In this document: in pieces, positions 10,801-19,495 of the stretch
Position numbering within the stretch: position 1 is the stretch's first letter
Layout: every line of letters begins with the position of its first letter
DNA from: Verrucomicrobiia bacterium
Lineage (GTDB): Bacteria; Verrucomicrobiota; Verrucomicrobiia; Palsa-1439
Assembly (NCBI GenBank): GCA_050010195.1
Contig: JBEKLM010000001.1
Span: 129,045-193,044, forward strand
Reading direction: 5' to 3'
Length of the DNA: 64,000 nt
The notes under the pieces: model-generated
What the model was told of the DNA's origin: nothing
The model's database searches: none
The model's input: the letters and a program-made list of their open reading frames with translations, nothing else
Made by a program: the position numbers and the translations under genes

Positions 10801-11150
10801 GTGATAGGCCCGGCCAGATACGTGCTCAACGTGCCGTTGGCTGGGATCTCTACCGTGCCGCCGCCGGCCGCGTTGGCTGCAGTGATGGCGTTGTTGATCG
10901 CGGTCGCGTTGTTTGAGACGCCGTTGCCATACGCGCCGAAGCTCAATACATTGAAATTGGTGGTGGGAATGATCGGCAAATCCGGGTCGGCGTGCCCGGA
11001 CTTGGCGACTGCCAGCAACAACAAGACGGCCCAAGCGGTCGTCCTCCGCCAAGAAGCGGCAGGAAACCGCCTGTGCGACCGTTGATTGTTTTGCACTTGG
11101 AGCTTCACCGTGCGCCTCGCCGAACACCGCGTTCCCGTATGCTTTGTCAT
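7899..11150 (-). CDS. Giant secreted GH28-family beta-helix protein (1083 aa) with beta-strand repeats, tandem Ig-like/PKD-like domains and the conserved C-terminal domain ...NNPSRYYRVRLVP.
   Basis: Signal peptide TTAWAVLLLLAVAKSGHA. GH28 motifs NTDG, DGDD, GHG and KGK are present. Repeated about 88-aa Ig-like units carry GxGTTSITVNYSCSATSGNVTV. The C-terminal module is near-identical to that of the gene at 34330-39720. Confidence 0.8.
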   Translation of the reverse strand: MTKHTGTRCSARRTVKLQVQNNQRSHRRFPAASWRRTTAWAVLLLLAVAKSGHADPDLPIIPTTNFNVLSFGAYGNGVSNNATAINNAITAANAAGGGTVEIPANGTLSTYLAGPITLKSSVNLQIDAGAMLQMLPMSSWSGTTTFMEGNTLHDCELSGGGTIDGQGSSGWWTCGCSRPNFIEYDHTVRILIQGVTLQNPPTFTLYLKNSDGNVTIQNMTINTPASPNTDGMDISSTNMVIRNCYISDGDDNLEIGGNGAPANNITVSNCTFGIGHGLSIGSDTEGGVNNLLVSNCVWNGTEYGIKGKSDTDRGGVIQNCVYKDLVMSNVNFAIAFYSTYNTVGAPTSSFDYTPGDAATFSDSGSHTPIFENITVSNLTAYTIGGNVAGWFWGLPQAPISNFTLCKVNISAPTKTFCMYNVRGVQIINSNLTAPNTSTNTLTLYNAQFTVTNSAPNANTVTMTGLWAPSNTVLSLFNGLAETADSGAFGANPLLTLAGSTLTVSNSMSLGGSSTLNYGLGTNATKTEVTGNLTLSGTLNVANAGGFTNTAYTLFTYGGTLTYNGLTVGSTPNPSFTYTVSTNTSGQVNLIVATPCSVGSAGSITGSSSVNAGSSGVAYSISSVSGATGYTWTVPSGASVASGLGTTSITVNYSCSATSGNVTVIPTNGSCSGASSSLAVTITGVGAAGSISGPTTVCAGQTGVGYSISSVNGATTYTWAVPSGATISGQGSTSITVNWGSIAGSVTVTPANANGCTGNGSSLSVAVNAAPGILSGPSPQTVCAGGSASFTVSTSGAGLSYQWQKNGSNIGNGGTISGSGTASLTISNAAVGDSGASFDCVVSGTCSPPATSGGATLTVSAGPATFNVTGGGSYCAAGGGVTVGLDGSESTADYQLELNGSPTGALVAGTGSAISFTDQTAVGTYTVIASNVTSGCTATMNGSASVTPGDPFTCWQLQYFACTNLAICPQAAANADPLGKGMSNTNQFLVGLDPTNSASLFRIVSVVPQGTNVVITWTTAGGHTNAVQVTSGDANGGYNTNNFADLPPSQTVLPGTGGDTSTNYVDSGGATNNPSRYYRVRLVP
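8190..9300. repeat. Dispersed repeat copy A, about 1.1 kb. It matches 34640-35760 at roughly 90% nucleotide identity. Content is the C-terminal Ig-like/beta-sandwich module of a giant pectinase.
   Basis: Spurious plus-strand ORFs are nearly identical in both places: 8554-8751 versus 35003-35200, and 7966-8475 versus 34466-34924. The encoded minus-strand proteins align over more than 330 aa. Confidence 0.6.
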
Positions 11151-11594
11151 CAGAAACCCCTCTCGCTACATGTTCTTGTGCCCGCGCCGTGTTTATCCAA
11201 GAGGGACGCGCCATCATCCGTAGGTACGTCGCCCGCCACAGTGTACATTACATCCCCAGCAAGCTGTTTGCCACTTCACCGCGTTCATTTTCGTGCATCC
11301 CAACAGGTCGTGACGCAAAACGAACGCAATTGATGAACTGATAAGTGGGAGCGGTTTCCCCAGCTCGCATGACATCGGCTGCATAGCCCCTGCAGAATTT
11401 CCCTGACTCCCATAAAAAAACACGGCCTGAACTTGCGCGCGGGAATCTCACCGATTACCTCCACGTTTCGCGCCAGCCATCAGTGTCGGATTCCGTCCTA
11501 ACATCCGACTGTCGCTAATCCATCGCGGCAACAGACGCGTTTGACTTGCGCCTGACTCAACCCGACAACACCGTCCGCATCCAGCAAGTCGTCG

Positions 11595-12320
11595 CTAGTC
11601 GCCCATAAACCAAGTGTTTTGACTCTGGGAAATACTCTTGCACTGGGTGATGACAGCCTGGATTTCGACATATTCCGCATGCCAGTCTGCACGGAGTGTG
11701 TTTATTCCCCCACCATGCCGGTTCATTATTTCTGAAGTCGAAAAGTCGTTCGGCAATTTCGTTTGGTCAAACTCATATTCTTTCCCATCGGTATCACACA
11801 GCACCAGAAATTCAGAGGGCTTGGGCACTGTATCGACACGGTAAAAATATGCAGAGCTATTCGCGGGATTGGGGTTCATGGGTGAGTATGCCCCATTCTG
11901 AAGCAAGTTGGGCTCGTTTTGGGCGAAGGTATATTGTGCCGCATTTGGAGGCATAACACCAGGCAACCCCCCAAGCTGGCTCTCGCGCATCGGACACGTT
12001 CTCATGTCATAAATCTTGCTGAGCGACCCCGAACTCCCCGCCATGTAACGCAGGTAGGCATTCGTGCACTCAGCGCCACTGTAATCTTGAAACGTAGTCG
12101 ATTGCCAATGCACAGGATCATAGAGATAACCGCCGTAATCGTCGGCATACATGGACATCGCGAGGCCCCATTGTTTCAGTCGGGCAAGGCAATTGGCCTG
12201 TTGCGCCTTCGACCGCGCCTTGTTCAGCGCCGGCAACAACATCGCCGCCAGGATGCCGATAATCGCAATGACCACCAGTAGCTCAATGAGGGTAAACGCT
12301 TTGTTCCTGCTCTGTTTCAT
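11595..12320 (-). CDS. Prepilin-type N-terminal cleavage/methylation domain protein of the H-X9-DG (DUF1559) family; T2SS pseudopilin-like.
   Basis: Class III signal [24 protein letters not shown] follows the Met at 12320. C-terminal motif [14 protein letters not shown] matches H-X9-DG. Upstream in-frame ATGs extend to 12416. Confidence 0.75.
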   Translation of the reverse strand: MKQSRNKAFTLIELLVVIAIIGILAAMLLPALNKARSKAQQANCLARLKQWGLAMSMYADDYGGYLYDPVHWQSTTFQDYSGAECTNAYLRYMAGSSGSLSKIYDMRTCPMRESQLGGLPGVMPPNAAQYTFAQNEPNLLQNGAYSPMNPNPANSSAYFYRVDTVPKPSEFLVLCDTDGKEYEFDQTKLPNDFSTSEIMNRHGGGINTLRADWHAEYVEIQAVITQCKSISQSQNTWFMGD

Positions 12321-13336
12321 TTGCATCGGATCGGCTGCGCCTCCGGTTGTAAAACTATTTACAATAATCTTGCCCCGTCTTCGGTTCATACTCAGACCGC
12401 GCTTGTTCCTGGTCATTGTCGGTCCGCTCTATACTGCCGAAAGCTTACTTTCTTTCAGAGACTTTGCAAGAAATATGCTGTCGCCGGAGATCCGATTTCA
12501 AGAGCCTGTTCCCTCAGCGATTAGGTATGCTACCCCCGATGCGCCTTTGACAAACCGCTTCGGGAGACCAGTATCTTGGGAGAAGGCGTTACGGTTCACA
12601 GCACCCGGCGTCGCAGGCCACGTGTTAAAATGATGGTGCCGCCCGTGTCCTTGGCGACATGAGCCAACAGGGCGGTGTGGTGTGTCGCCGACAGGGATCG
12701 AACCGTAGCCCTGCTTCGTATTGCTAGTGACCGAAATGTGAAACACCACGACTTCGATCCCCCTCCGTGACTGATCGAACCTGCTTTCACTTTTGTATGT
12801 CATCCAATCAGAATGTTTCCGTTGGGAGTGTTAACGTGTCAAGGGCCAGACTCGTGAAAGGCGGACAAGCGACCGAAAACAACGCGGCGGCGGATTCAGT
12901 GAGGCAGGATTTTTCCGGCTGCAGCTTGCCATTGCACAACCCGCCCAATTGGCTTCGGCGCATCCAACCGCCTTAGACTCTGACTCCGGGGCTTTGAAGC
13001 AATGATTACGGCATCACGAACTGCTCTCCTTACTTGCAATCGGTTGCACGAACAGTTATGGAACCGACCCAACTCCCCCAATATACTTCTTGACAAATTA
13101 ATGCCAGCGTAAGGCCGCGTGACTTCCGAAAGTGTCTGTATTGCCGTCAGACCGTGGGATGTGCGTGCTGTCACCCGTGAAGATTGCCGCTAGTGTACTT
13201 GTCGGCAAATTCCGGTAAAATGGCATTCAACCGTTTGCAAAATGCGCCAGTCCGGCGAGGTTCAGGCCTGGTCTCAACTCTGAGAGCTTCCCCTGTCAGT
13301 GATTGCATATGCTAGGCAAGGAACGGTGAATAGGCA

Positions 13337-13363
13337 TTGACATTTCTCCCAATTTTAGTAATG
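13337..13363 (+). promoter_or_regulatory. Sigma70-like promoter candidate upstream of the 13476 gene.
   Basis: TTGACA at 13337-13342, then a 14-15 nt spacer, then TAGTAAT. It sits in a 1-kb noncoding stretch. This is read by eye only. Confidence 0.2.
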
Positions 13364-13475
13364 TGGTTTACAACGAACGGGGTGAGAAGGCATGCGAGAG
13401 CCTCCTACGCTGGTGTATAGTATAAGTTGGGAAAGCGGTGTTAGGGCACCTCAAAACGCGAGGGCTTGAAAAACC

Positions 13476-15404
13476 ATGAGATTCACGATGAATCAGACGG
13501 GAGCAGTCGTGCGCGCATTTCAAAACAATCCTACTAACTCAGTTTCAAAATTTTCTTTGAGGTCACGATCTGCGAAACATATCACCGCCGGAGCGATTGG
13601 CCTCGGCTTGTTGTTCATCGTCGTCGCCAATAGCCAGGCGCAGTCCACGAATTACTGGTGGACGGGTGCCGATAACAATGGCATTTGGGAGGATGCCAAT
13701 AATTGGGTGCTTACGAACGGCGTAGCGGCGACCACGTATCCGGCCAACCCAGTTACGCAACCGCCAGGATCGGAGACCGATGTTGCCATATTTACGAATT
13801 CCGGGACGTACGCGGTAACTGTCACCACTGTCGGCAACCTCAACATCCAAAGCAACTTTTTCAATAACGCGTCGAACAGCACGGCCACGGTCACGCTGAC
13901 CGTGAACAACAGCGGAACGTTCTACTTGCAGGGCGGTGGCACTGACTTTGAAATTGCCGATGGAGTTGACAGCACCTCGATCGTTTATCTGGCGTCTTCC
14001 CCTTCCCCGAACAACGGCCTGATAGTCAAGGGAACGGGCTTTATCGTCGGCCACGATGGCGTTGGCACATTGATCTTCACCAATGGATTTATTAACACCT
14101 CGGCCAGTGTTGTCGTGGACGTGGGATCTGGCGGGGGAAACGGAACGGTCATAATCAGCGGACCGAACACGTATTGGGAAGCCTACCAGTTTGCCATCGG
14201 CGACACGAACGCCAGTTATGGCAATTCCGTCATCATCTCGAATTCAGCGAGCCTTACGGCGGCCAGCACCTTTAGAATCGGCAGCAGCTCCACCACCGGC
14301 TCCAGCAACTGCCTGTTCGTCGTGACCGACGGCGGGTATTTCGCGGTCAACGGAGGCTCGCCGTTGACTGTCGGCAATCGAGGCGGCACGCTTTCTGCCG
14401 CTTCGGCATCGTACAACAATACCGTCATCGTTGGGAATGGCGGCGTTATCAATATTCCCGACCACAGCATTGTCGTGGGAAACTCCGCGACCATGGAATC
14501 GGGAATCAGTTGCAGCAGTTGCGCCGCCGGCGGCACCACCGCCACAGGCAACTTCTTTATAGTCGAGGCCGGCGGTGTGGTGAGTAACGCCACCCAGATC
14601 GCCATCACGACCAGCAACACCCTCGCATTGTACGGTGGGATTTTTGGCGGCGGAAGCCTGACCTACCTCGGAAGCATTACCAACTACGGTGTGTTTCAGG
14701 GCTGGGGCACCATTGTCGGCAGCCTGAATACCGGCAGCAACGTCTTCAACAACGCGCTCGGTTTCACGGCCGTAAGCAACCAGGTCGGAGCGTTGGTTCT
14801 GAGCAATGGCTTCACCACGGCCACGAACACGGTATTGCAAATCTCGTTGGGCACAAATTATTATCCCATTGCGGTCGGATTGGGCCAGGCGGATCCGCCT
14901 GCGAGCGCCTTGGTCTCCAACAACGACCTCGTCCTTAACGGGATCATCAACTTCGTCAACTCGGGCGGGTTCACCGACACCACCTACACGTTGTTTACGT
15001 ATCCAACGTCCCTCGTGGGTGTCAATAGCAACAAGTTCATTTGCGCTCCGGTGATCGGGACAGTTCCAAATCCCAGCCTCACCTACGCAATCAGCACCAG
15101 CACACCCGGTCAGATCAATCTGATCGTTGGCTGCACGAACTGTGCGCCGCCAGTGACGCCAGTGCCGTCGATCACGTCGATCACCCGTGTCAACAGCGGC
15201 CACGACATCTTGCTCCAGTGGAACACGAACGGTACGACGAACAACCACGTGCAGGTCACCACGGGCACGGCGAACGGCAGCTACTCGGCGAGCGGATTCG
15301 CAAACCTGGCCAATATTGTCGTCACCACCGCCACGACCAATTATGTGGATGTGGGTGGAGCAACGAACACCCCGTCCCGGTACTACCGCATCTCGTCACC
15401 GTAA
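13476..15404 (+). CDS. Secreted repeat protein (642 aa) with autotransporter-associated beta-strand repeats and the conserved C-terminal domain ...NTPSRYYRISSP. No catalytic domain was recognised.
   Basis: Signal-like segment HITAGAIGLGLLFIVVANSQAQS. Repeat GFTDTTYTLFTYPTSLVGVNS...LTYAISTSTPGQINLIV. The C-terminal about 90 aa resemble the C-termini of the four giant enzymes. Confidence 0.65.
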   Translation: MRFTMNQTGAVVRAFQNNPTNSVSKFSLRSRSAKHITAGAIGLGLLFIVVANSQAQSTNYWWTGADNNGIWEDANNWVLTNGVAATTYPANPVTQPPGSETDVAIFTNSGTYAVTVTTVGNLNIQSNFFNNASNSTATVTLTVNNSGTFYLQGGGTDFEIADGVDSTSIVYLASSPSPNNGLIVKGTGFIVGHDGVGTLIFTNGFINTSASVVVDVGSGGGNGTVIISGPNTYWEAYQFAIGDTNASYGNSVIISNSASLTAASTFRIGSSSTTGSSNCLFVVTDGGYFAVNGGSPLTVGNRGGTLSAASASYNNTVIVGNGGVINIPDHSIVVGNSATMESGISCSSCAAGGTTATGNFFIVEAGGVVSNATQIAITTSNTLALYGGIFGGGSLTYLGSITNYGVFQGWGTIVGSLNTGSNVFNNALGFTAVSNQVGALVLSNGFTTATNTVLQISLGTNYYPIAVGLGQADPPASALVSNNDLVLNGIINFVNSGGFTDTTYTLFTYPTSLVGVNSNKFICAPVIGTVPNPSLTYAISTSTPGQINLIVGCTNCAPPVTPVPSITSITRVNSGHDILLQWNTNGTTNNHVQVTTGTANGSYSASGFANLANIVVTTATTNYVDVGGATNTPSRYYRISSP

Positions 15405-15711
15405 CGGAAGAAACAGTGGTATATTTTGGAGAATTCAAGCAGCGATCAGCGCAGCCGCACGGAAATGAAAGGTATGACAGCGAATAACAAGTGCCTTCGT
15501 TCACGACTCGGTGAACACCCGGCGGCTGCGCTCTTAATTTGCAGTAGGAATCTGGTGTAATGAAATCTCTCGTCTGGAGAGACGAGAGATGCCCCGCGGT
15601 TCGGGGTCAGAGGGCAAGAAGTAGTAGAAACGTGGAGAATAGGTGTGTGAGGGCTCTAGAGGGTCAAGCACACAAGCAAAACGAGGTATTAAAGAAGGAG
15701 TGGTGAGGGTC

Positions 15712-16731
15712 ATGAAGATAAGGAATCAATGGGTAGTCATGGTAGCCACGATTGCGGCTGCCTCAGCATGCGTCCTGTTCAGCCGGCCGGCGTCAGCGCA
15801 ATATCCGGGACCGGGGCCGACGAATATTTTCGTCGATAATTTCGACAACGGCAGCACAATCAACCAGACGAGCACACCGGGGGGAACACCCGCGGCGTCG
15901 TCGACCAGCTATGATATGACGTCGACCAAGGGCGCCACCGCCTCGATCGCAAGCGGTGATCTGAACATGGAACTGCCATCGTCGAGTTCCACCTTCTTGG
16001 AAGCGGCGGCGATCTTTACGAGCACACCGGTCGTGCTGCAGAACACGGGAGACTACATCGACTTCATTCTCGAGTTCACGGACACCGCCAACCTGACGCC
16101 CAGCAACACTCAAAATGAGTTGGGAATCGGGCTGTTTAATTCCGGCGGGGTTTCCCCGATTACGACCAATATGGGAACCTTCACGGCAACCAGCGGCGGA
16201 GTCCAGGGTTGGACGGGTTATAACAGCCAGATATACGGTTCTGGCGGCACCTCATCGAAAATGAATCAGCGCGCGGCCCAGGCCGTCTCGGCCGGAAGTC
16301 AGGACTTGCTGTTTAATGATGTCGCTTCCAGCACCTACGACAATCCAAAGGGTTCAAACCTTGTCAATGGCGCCTCGGCGTCCACCTTGGCTCTGACAAA
16401 CGGCGCCCAGTACACCGAGGATTTCCGGATTACGCTAACTGGCGCAAGCCAGATCGCTGTGACCAATACGCTGTTTGCGGGTCTCGGCACTGGCGGCACG
16501 GTCGAATATGCCTACGGCGGCTTGAGCAACGTCCTCCCGGCCACAGTCGAATTCGATTCCTTGGCTTTTGGGTTCTTGGAAAAGTCCAGCCTCGTTCAAA
16601 CCCAGGACACCAGTTTGATCGAGATCACCACCGGGAATATCGATAATATCCCCGAGCCATCCACGTGGATGTTGCTCGCGTCTGGCTTCGCGATGATCGT
16701 CGGGCTCGTTGCTCGCCGTCGTCGTAGCTGA
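15712..16731 (+). CDS. PEP-CTERM sorting-domain protein (340 aa).
   Basis: ATG at 15712 with AAGGAG 12 nt upstream. Signal peptide MKIRNQWVVMVATIAAASACVLFSRPASAQ. C-terminus NIPEPSTWMLLASGFAMIVGLVARRRRS is a PEP motif plus TM helix plus basic tail. Confidence 0.75.
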   Translation: MKIRNQWVVMVATIAAASACVLFSRPASAQYPGPGPTNIFVDNFDNGSTINQTSTPGGTPAASSTSYDMTSTKGATASIASGDLNMELPSSSSTFLEAAAIFTSTPVVLQNTGDYIDFILEFTDTANLTPSNTQNELGIGLFNSGGVSPITTNMGTFTATSGGVQGWTGYNSQIYGSGGTSSKMNQRAAQAVSAGSQDLLFNDVASSTYDNPKGSNLVNGASASTLALTNGAQYTEDFRITLTGASQIAVTNTLFAGLGTGGTVEYAYGGLSNVLPATVEFDSLAFGFLEKSSLVQTQDTSLIEITTGNIDNIPEPSTWMLLASGFAMIVGLVARRRRS

Positions 16732-17103
16732 GTTCAAAGTACTACATGACCCTTCAGGAGGGCGTCCCGAATGCGTTCGGGACGCTCTTCCTCTTTTGTG
16801 GGGGTCGGCAACCTTCTCCGTAATTCGGCCTTCCTTCCAGCCATTGTTCGCTTGGCGCTGTCGGGGCCGGCAGGCGACGACGATCACGGAGATCAGGCGG
16901 TTCAACGCCAGCGGCGTGGGCGAGGCCAAAGCGAAGGAGAAATGGGGCGGCTCCGTCAGTTTGAGGAAGTTGGCAGACGGTCGGGTTCAACCTCCCGTTT
17001 ACAAGTTTTGCTGCATGGTGTTTGGGTGCTCTCCCGTCAGCCGGGGACGAAGATGTGCGGGGCCGTGACACTCCGCAAAGACTCCGTCCTCTTTGCCGCC
17101 CAC

Positions 17104-19146
17104 TTATTGACTGTTTTGCAGTCGCGCCAGCGCGTTTCGAGCCGCAGTGAGGTCTGGCCGAAGCCTCAGCGCTTGCTCGTAGTGCTGTATTGCCTCCGGT
17201 GCTCGCCCCGCTTTCTCCAAGGCCACCCCCAGATTGTAGTGTGCCTTGTCGTAATCGGGCTTGATCCGCAACGCCTGTTCATAATGCCCGATGGCATCGC
17301 TGACCTTCCCCTCTTGCAATAAGAGATTTCCCAGATCGACGTGCGCTTGGGGATAATCGGGATTGATCCGCAGGGCCTGCCCGTATTGTGCGATGGCTTC
17401 CTTGATGTTACCCGTCTGCGCCAAAGCGATCCCGAGGTTGTTGTGCGCATCGGCGAGATCGGGCTGGATCCGTAGCGCTTGCTCATAATGCCCGATGGCA
17501 TCCTCGCACTTGCCTGCTTGCTCCAGGGCGACCCCCAGGTCGTTGTGTGCCCCGGCGAAATCGGGCTTGATCCGCAACGCTTGTTCATAATGCTCGATGG
17601 CGTCGCTGACCTTCCCCTGTTGCAAGAAGACAGTTCCCAGATTGAAGTGCGCATCCGCGTGATCGGGATCGATTCGCAGCGCCTGTTGGAACAGCTTTAT
17701 GGCCTCCCTCATCTTGCCCAGTTCCTGCATGGAAGCTCCGGCATAAACGTACACGTCGGCGCAACGCTCGACGCTCACTAACAGGTTGAACGCTACCGAG
17801 AAACCCAGCAGGAGGCCCCACCCCCAGCGTGCCGCACGGCGCCAGTCCGGCTGGTCAGCCAGTGCCCGCTCCAAGCCCAGTATCCCAATCACCGCCAGCA
17901 ACACCAGCGTGGGAAGGATTTCCGTCTCAAATCGATTGCCCGTGTAATAGTACAGGTCAACAATCAATGCGCAAACGCCCCAGAACAGTGTTGCCACCGC
18001 GATGAACCCCTGAAGCAGAGGAGAGCGCGACTCCCGTGTCCGTCCGCGCCACGCCAGGGGCAGAGCCAACGCCAGCCATACCACAGGAATGTCGCACAAG
18101 ATACCAAAGGGATAATCCATCGCCCCGTGCCCCGCAGGGAGGCGTGGCGCGGTGATGTCACGCACAAAGGGGAAATGACGGCCCCACCGGACCGGTTCGA
18201 GGAAATACACCCGGAAATTGAACCACAGGTATCGCAAGCTGAAAAACTGCTGTGTCGTCTGCCGGCCCGAGAGCAGCTGATAGTGAATGCCGAATTCGAA
18301 CGGGCTATCGAACCGCCGTGCGTTGTAGAGCATCAGCCCGAACCCGATCAGTGTGATGGGCACGACCGCCGCCATCAGGAGCGGCCAAACCGTGCGCCGT
18401 TCCCGCCACTCCTGCACCACTGGCGCCAGCAAGATCATCGCACCAAATACCAACGTGGGCCGTGCCCCCAATGCCAGCCCGTACACTACACTGGCCGCCG
18501 CCAGCCACAGCCATCTCCGATCCGGCTGGTGCAAGGCGCAATAGATTGCCCCGAGCGCCAGCATCGTCAGCATGTACGCGCAACTGATTGCCACCTCGTT
18601 ACCCGCGGACCGCGGCAACAGCATCGGCACACCCGTCGCCAGTCCCAGCGCCAGCGCGCCGGCTGCGACGACCCAGACGCTCACGTCGGAAAAATACCGC
18701 CGCCTCAGCGCGCAGAGCATAGCCACGCTGCCCAGAAAACCCAGGGCACAAAAGATCACCACGGCTTGTCCGTCATAAAGGTAATGGCCGGTCAGGGCGA
18801 CGAACGGCCAAAACAACAGCAAGGCGGGCGTAACCCCAAAGTACAAGTACACTTTGCCCTTGTAATAGCTCAGGTCGTACAGCCCATACTTCGCAGTCCG
18901 ATACGGAGCGTTGGCGGTTGGATCATAGGGGTCCGCAAGTTGCGTGAGTCCGGCCGGCACGTCCACCTTCAAGTTGAGCTGGCCGGCCTGAAAGCCCTCC
19001 ACCAATTGATTGTGGAAAGCGTCGGCAGCCTGTTGGCGCGGCCTTGCCATGAAGCCGGAGTAGGCCGCACACACATAGACCCCCACGACCAAGACACACA
19101 CTGCGGCCAATACTCTCCACTCATTCTTCATCGCGCTGGCGGCCAT
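17104..19146 (-). CDS. TMTC-like membrane protein: an N-terminal polytopic GT-C/PMT-like (DUF1736-type) domain fused to a C-terminal TPR array. Putative protein O-glycosyl (mannosyl) transferase.
   Basis: About 11 TM helices in the N-terminal half. At least 6 TPR units in the C-terminal half (AIEHYEQALRIKPDFAGAHNDLGVAL...). ATG at 19146; the track ORF extends to 19197. Confidence 0.7.
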   Translation of the reverse strand: MAASAMKNEWRVLAAVCVLVVGVYVCAAYSGFMARPRQQAADAFHNQLVEGFQAGQLNLKVDVPAGLTQLADPYDPTANAPYRTAKYGLYDLSYYKGKVYLYFGVTPALLLFWPFVALTGHYLYDGQAVVIFCALGFLGSVAMLCALRRRYFSDVSVWVVAAGALALGLATGVPMLLPRSAGNEVAISCAYMLTMLALGAIYCALHQPDRRWLWLAAASVVYGLALGARPTLVFGAMILLAPVVQEWRERRTVWPLLMAAVVPITLIGFGLMLYNARRFDSPFEFGIHYQLLSGRQTTQQFFSLRYLWFNFRVYFLEPVRWGRHFPFVRDITAPRLPAGHGAMDYPFGILCDIPVVWLALALPLAWRGRTRESRSPLLQGFIAVATLFWGVCALIVDLYYYTGNRFETEILPTLVLLAVIGILGLERALADQPDWRRAARWGWGLLLGFSVAFNLLVSVERCADVYVYAGASMQELGKMREAIKLFQQALRIDPDHADAHFNLGTVFLQQGKVSDAIEHYEQALRIKPDFAGAHNDLGVALEQAGKCEDAIGHYEQALRIQPDLADAHNNLGIALAQTGNIKEAIAQYGQALRINPDYPQAHVDLGNLLLQEGKVSDAIGHYEQALRIKPDYDKAHYNLGVALEKAGRAPEAIQHYEQALRLRPDLTAARNALARLQNSQ

Positions 19147-19197
19147 TTCCACACAACCTCGTATTTGTTGAACGAATAACTCCCGCCTGCCTGCCAA

Positions 19198-19495
19198 AGG
19201 TCAAGTCAAAATGGGGCACTGGCACGTTTCTTCGCAGGGCAGCGATGGTGCGCGGCCTCGGACATGCTGTAGCTTCGTCCCATCTGCGGGAGTTCGCCGC
19301 TCCGGAGGCTTGTAATCCGATATTTCCCATAAGATTTACACCCCGCGACTGTCGCGTGGACCATAAACTCTGACCATCGCTCTCAGCATCACTTTTGACA
19401 ATGCTGACAAGCCGATTCTGAGCATTGGTCCTCGCACCGAGTTCGGATTCAGCGTTGCCGTCGTCGTCCGTCCGCTCCGGAACCAATTTCACCCT
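19198..19495. promoter_or_regulatory. Divergent intergenic region between two TMTC-like genes; presumed bidirectional promoters.
   Basis: 298 bp sit between the minus-strand start at 19146/19197 and the plus-strand start at 19496. No ORF was seen. Confidence 0.25.

Noticed and set aside
12684-12790. tRNA-like T-arm motifs on the minus strand (GGTTCGATCCC at about 12690-12710 and GGTTCGATCAG at about 12771-12786), suggesting a tRNA or tmRNA gene.
   Set aside because: I could not fold a cloverleaf. The T-stem pairs at only 2 of 5 positions. The acceptor stem has a mismatch. No consistent D-arm or anticodon arm was found. At best this is a degenerate tRNA remnant or att-like fragment; tRNAscan or Infernal would settle it.
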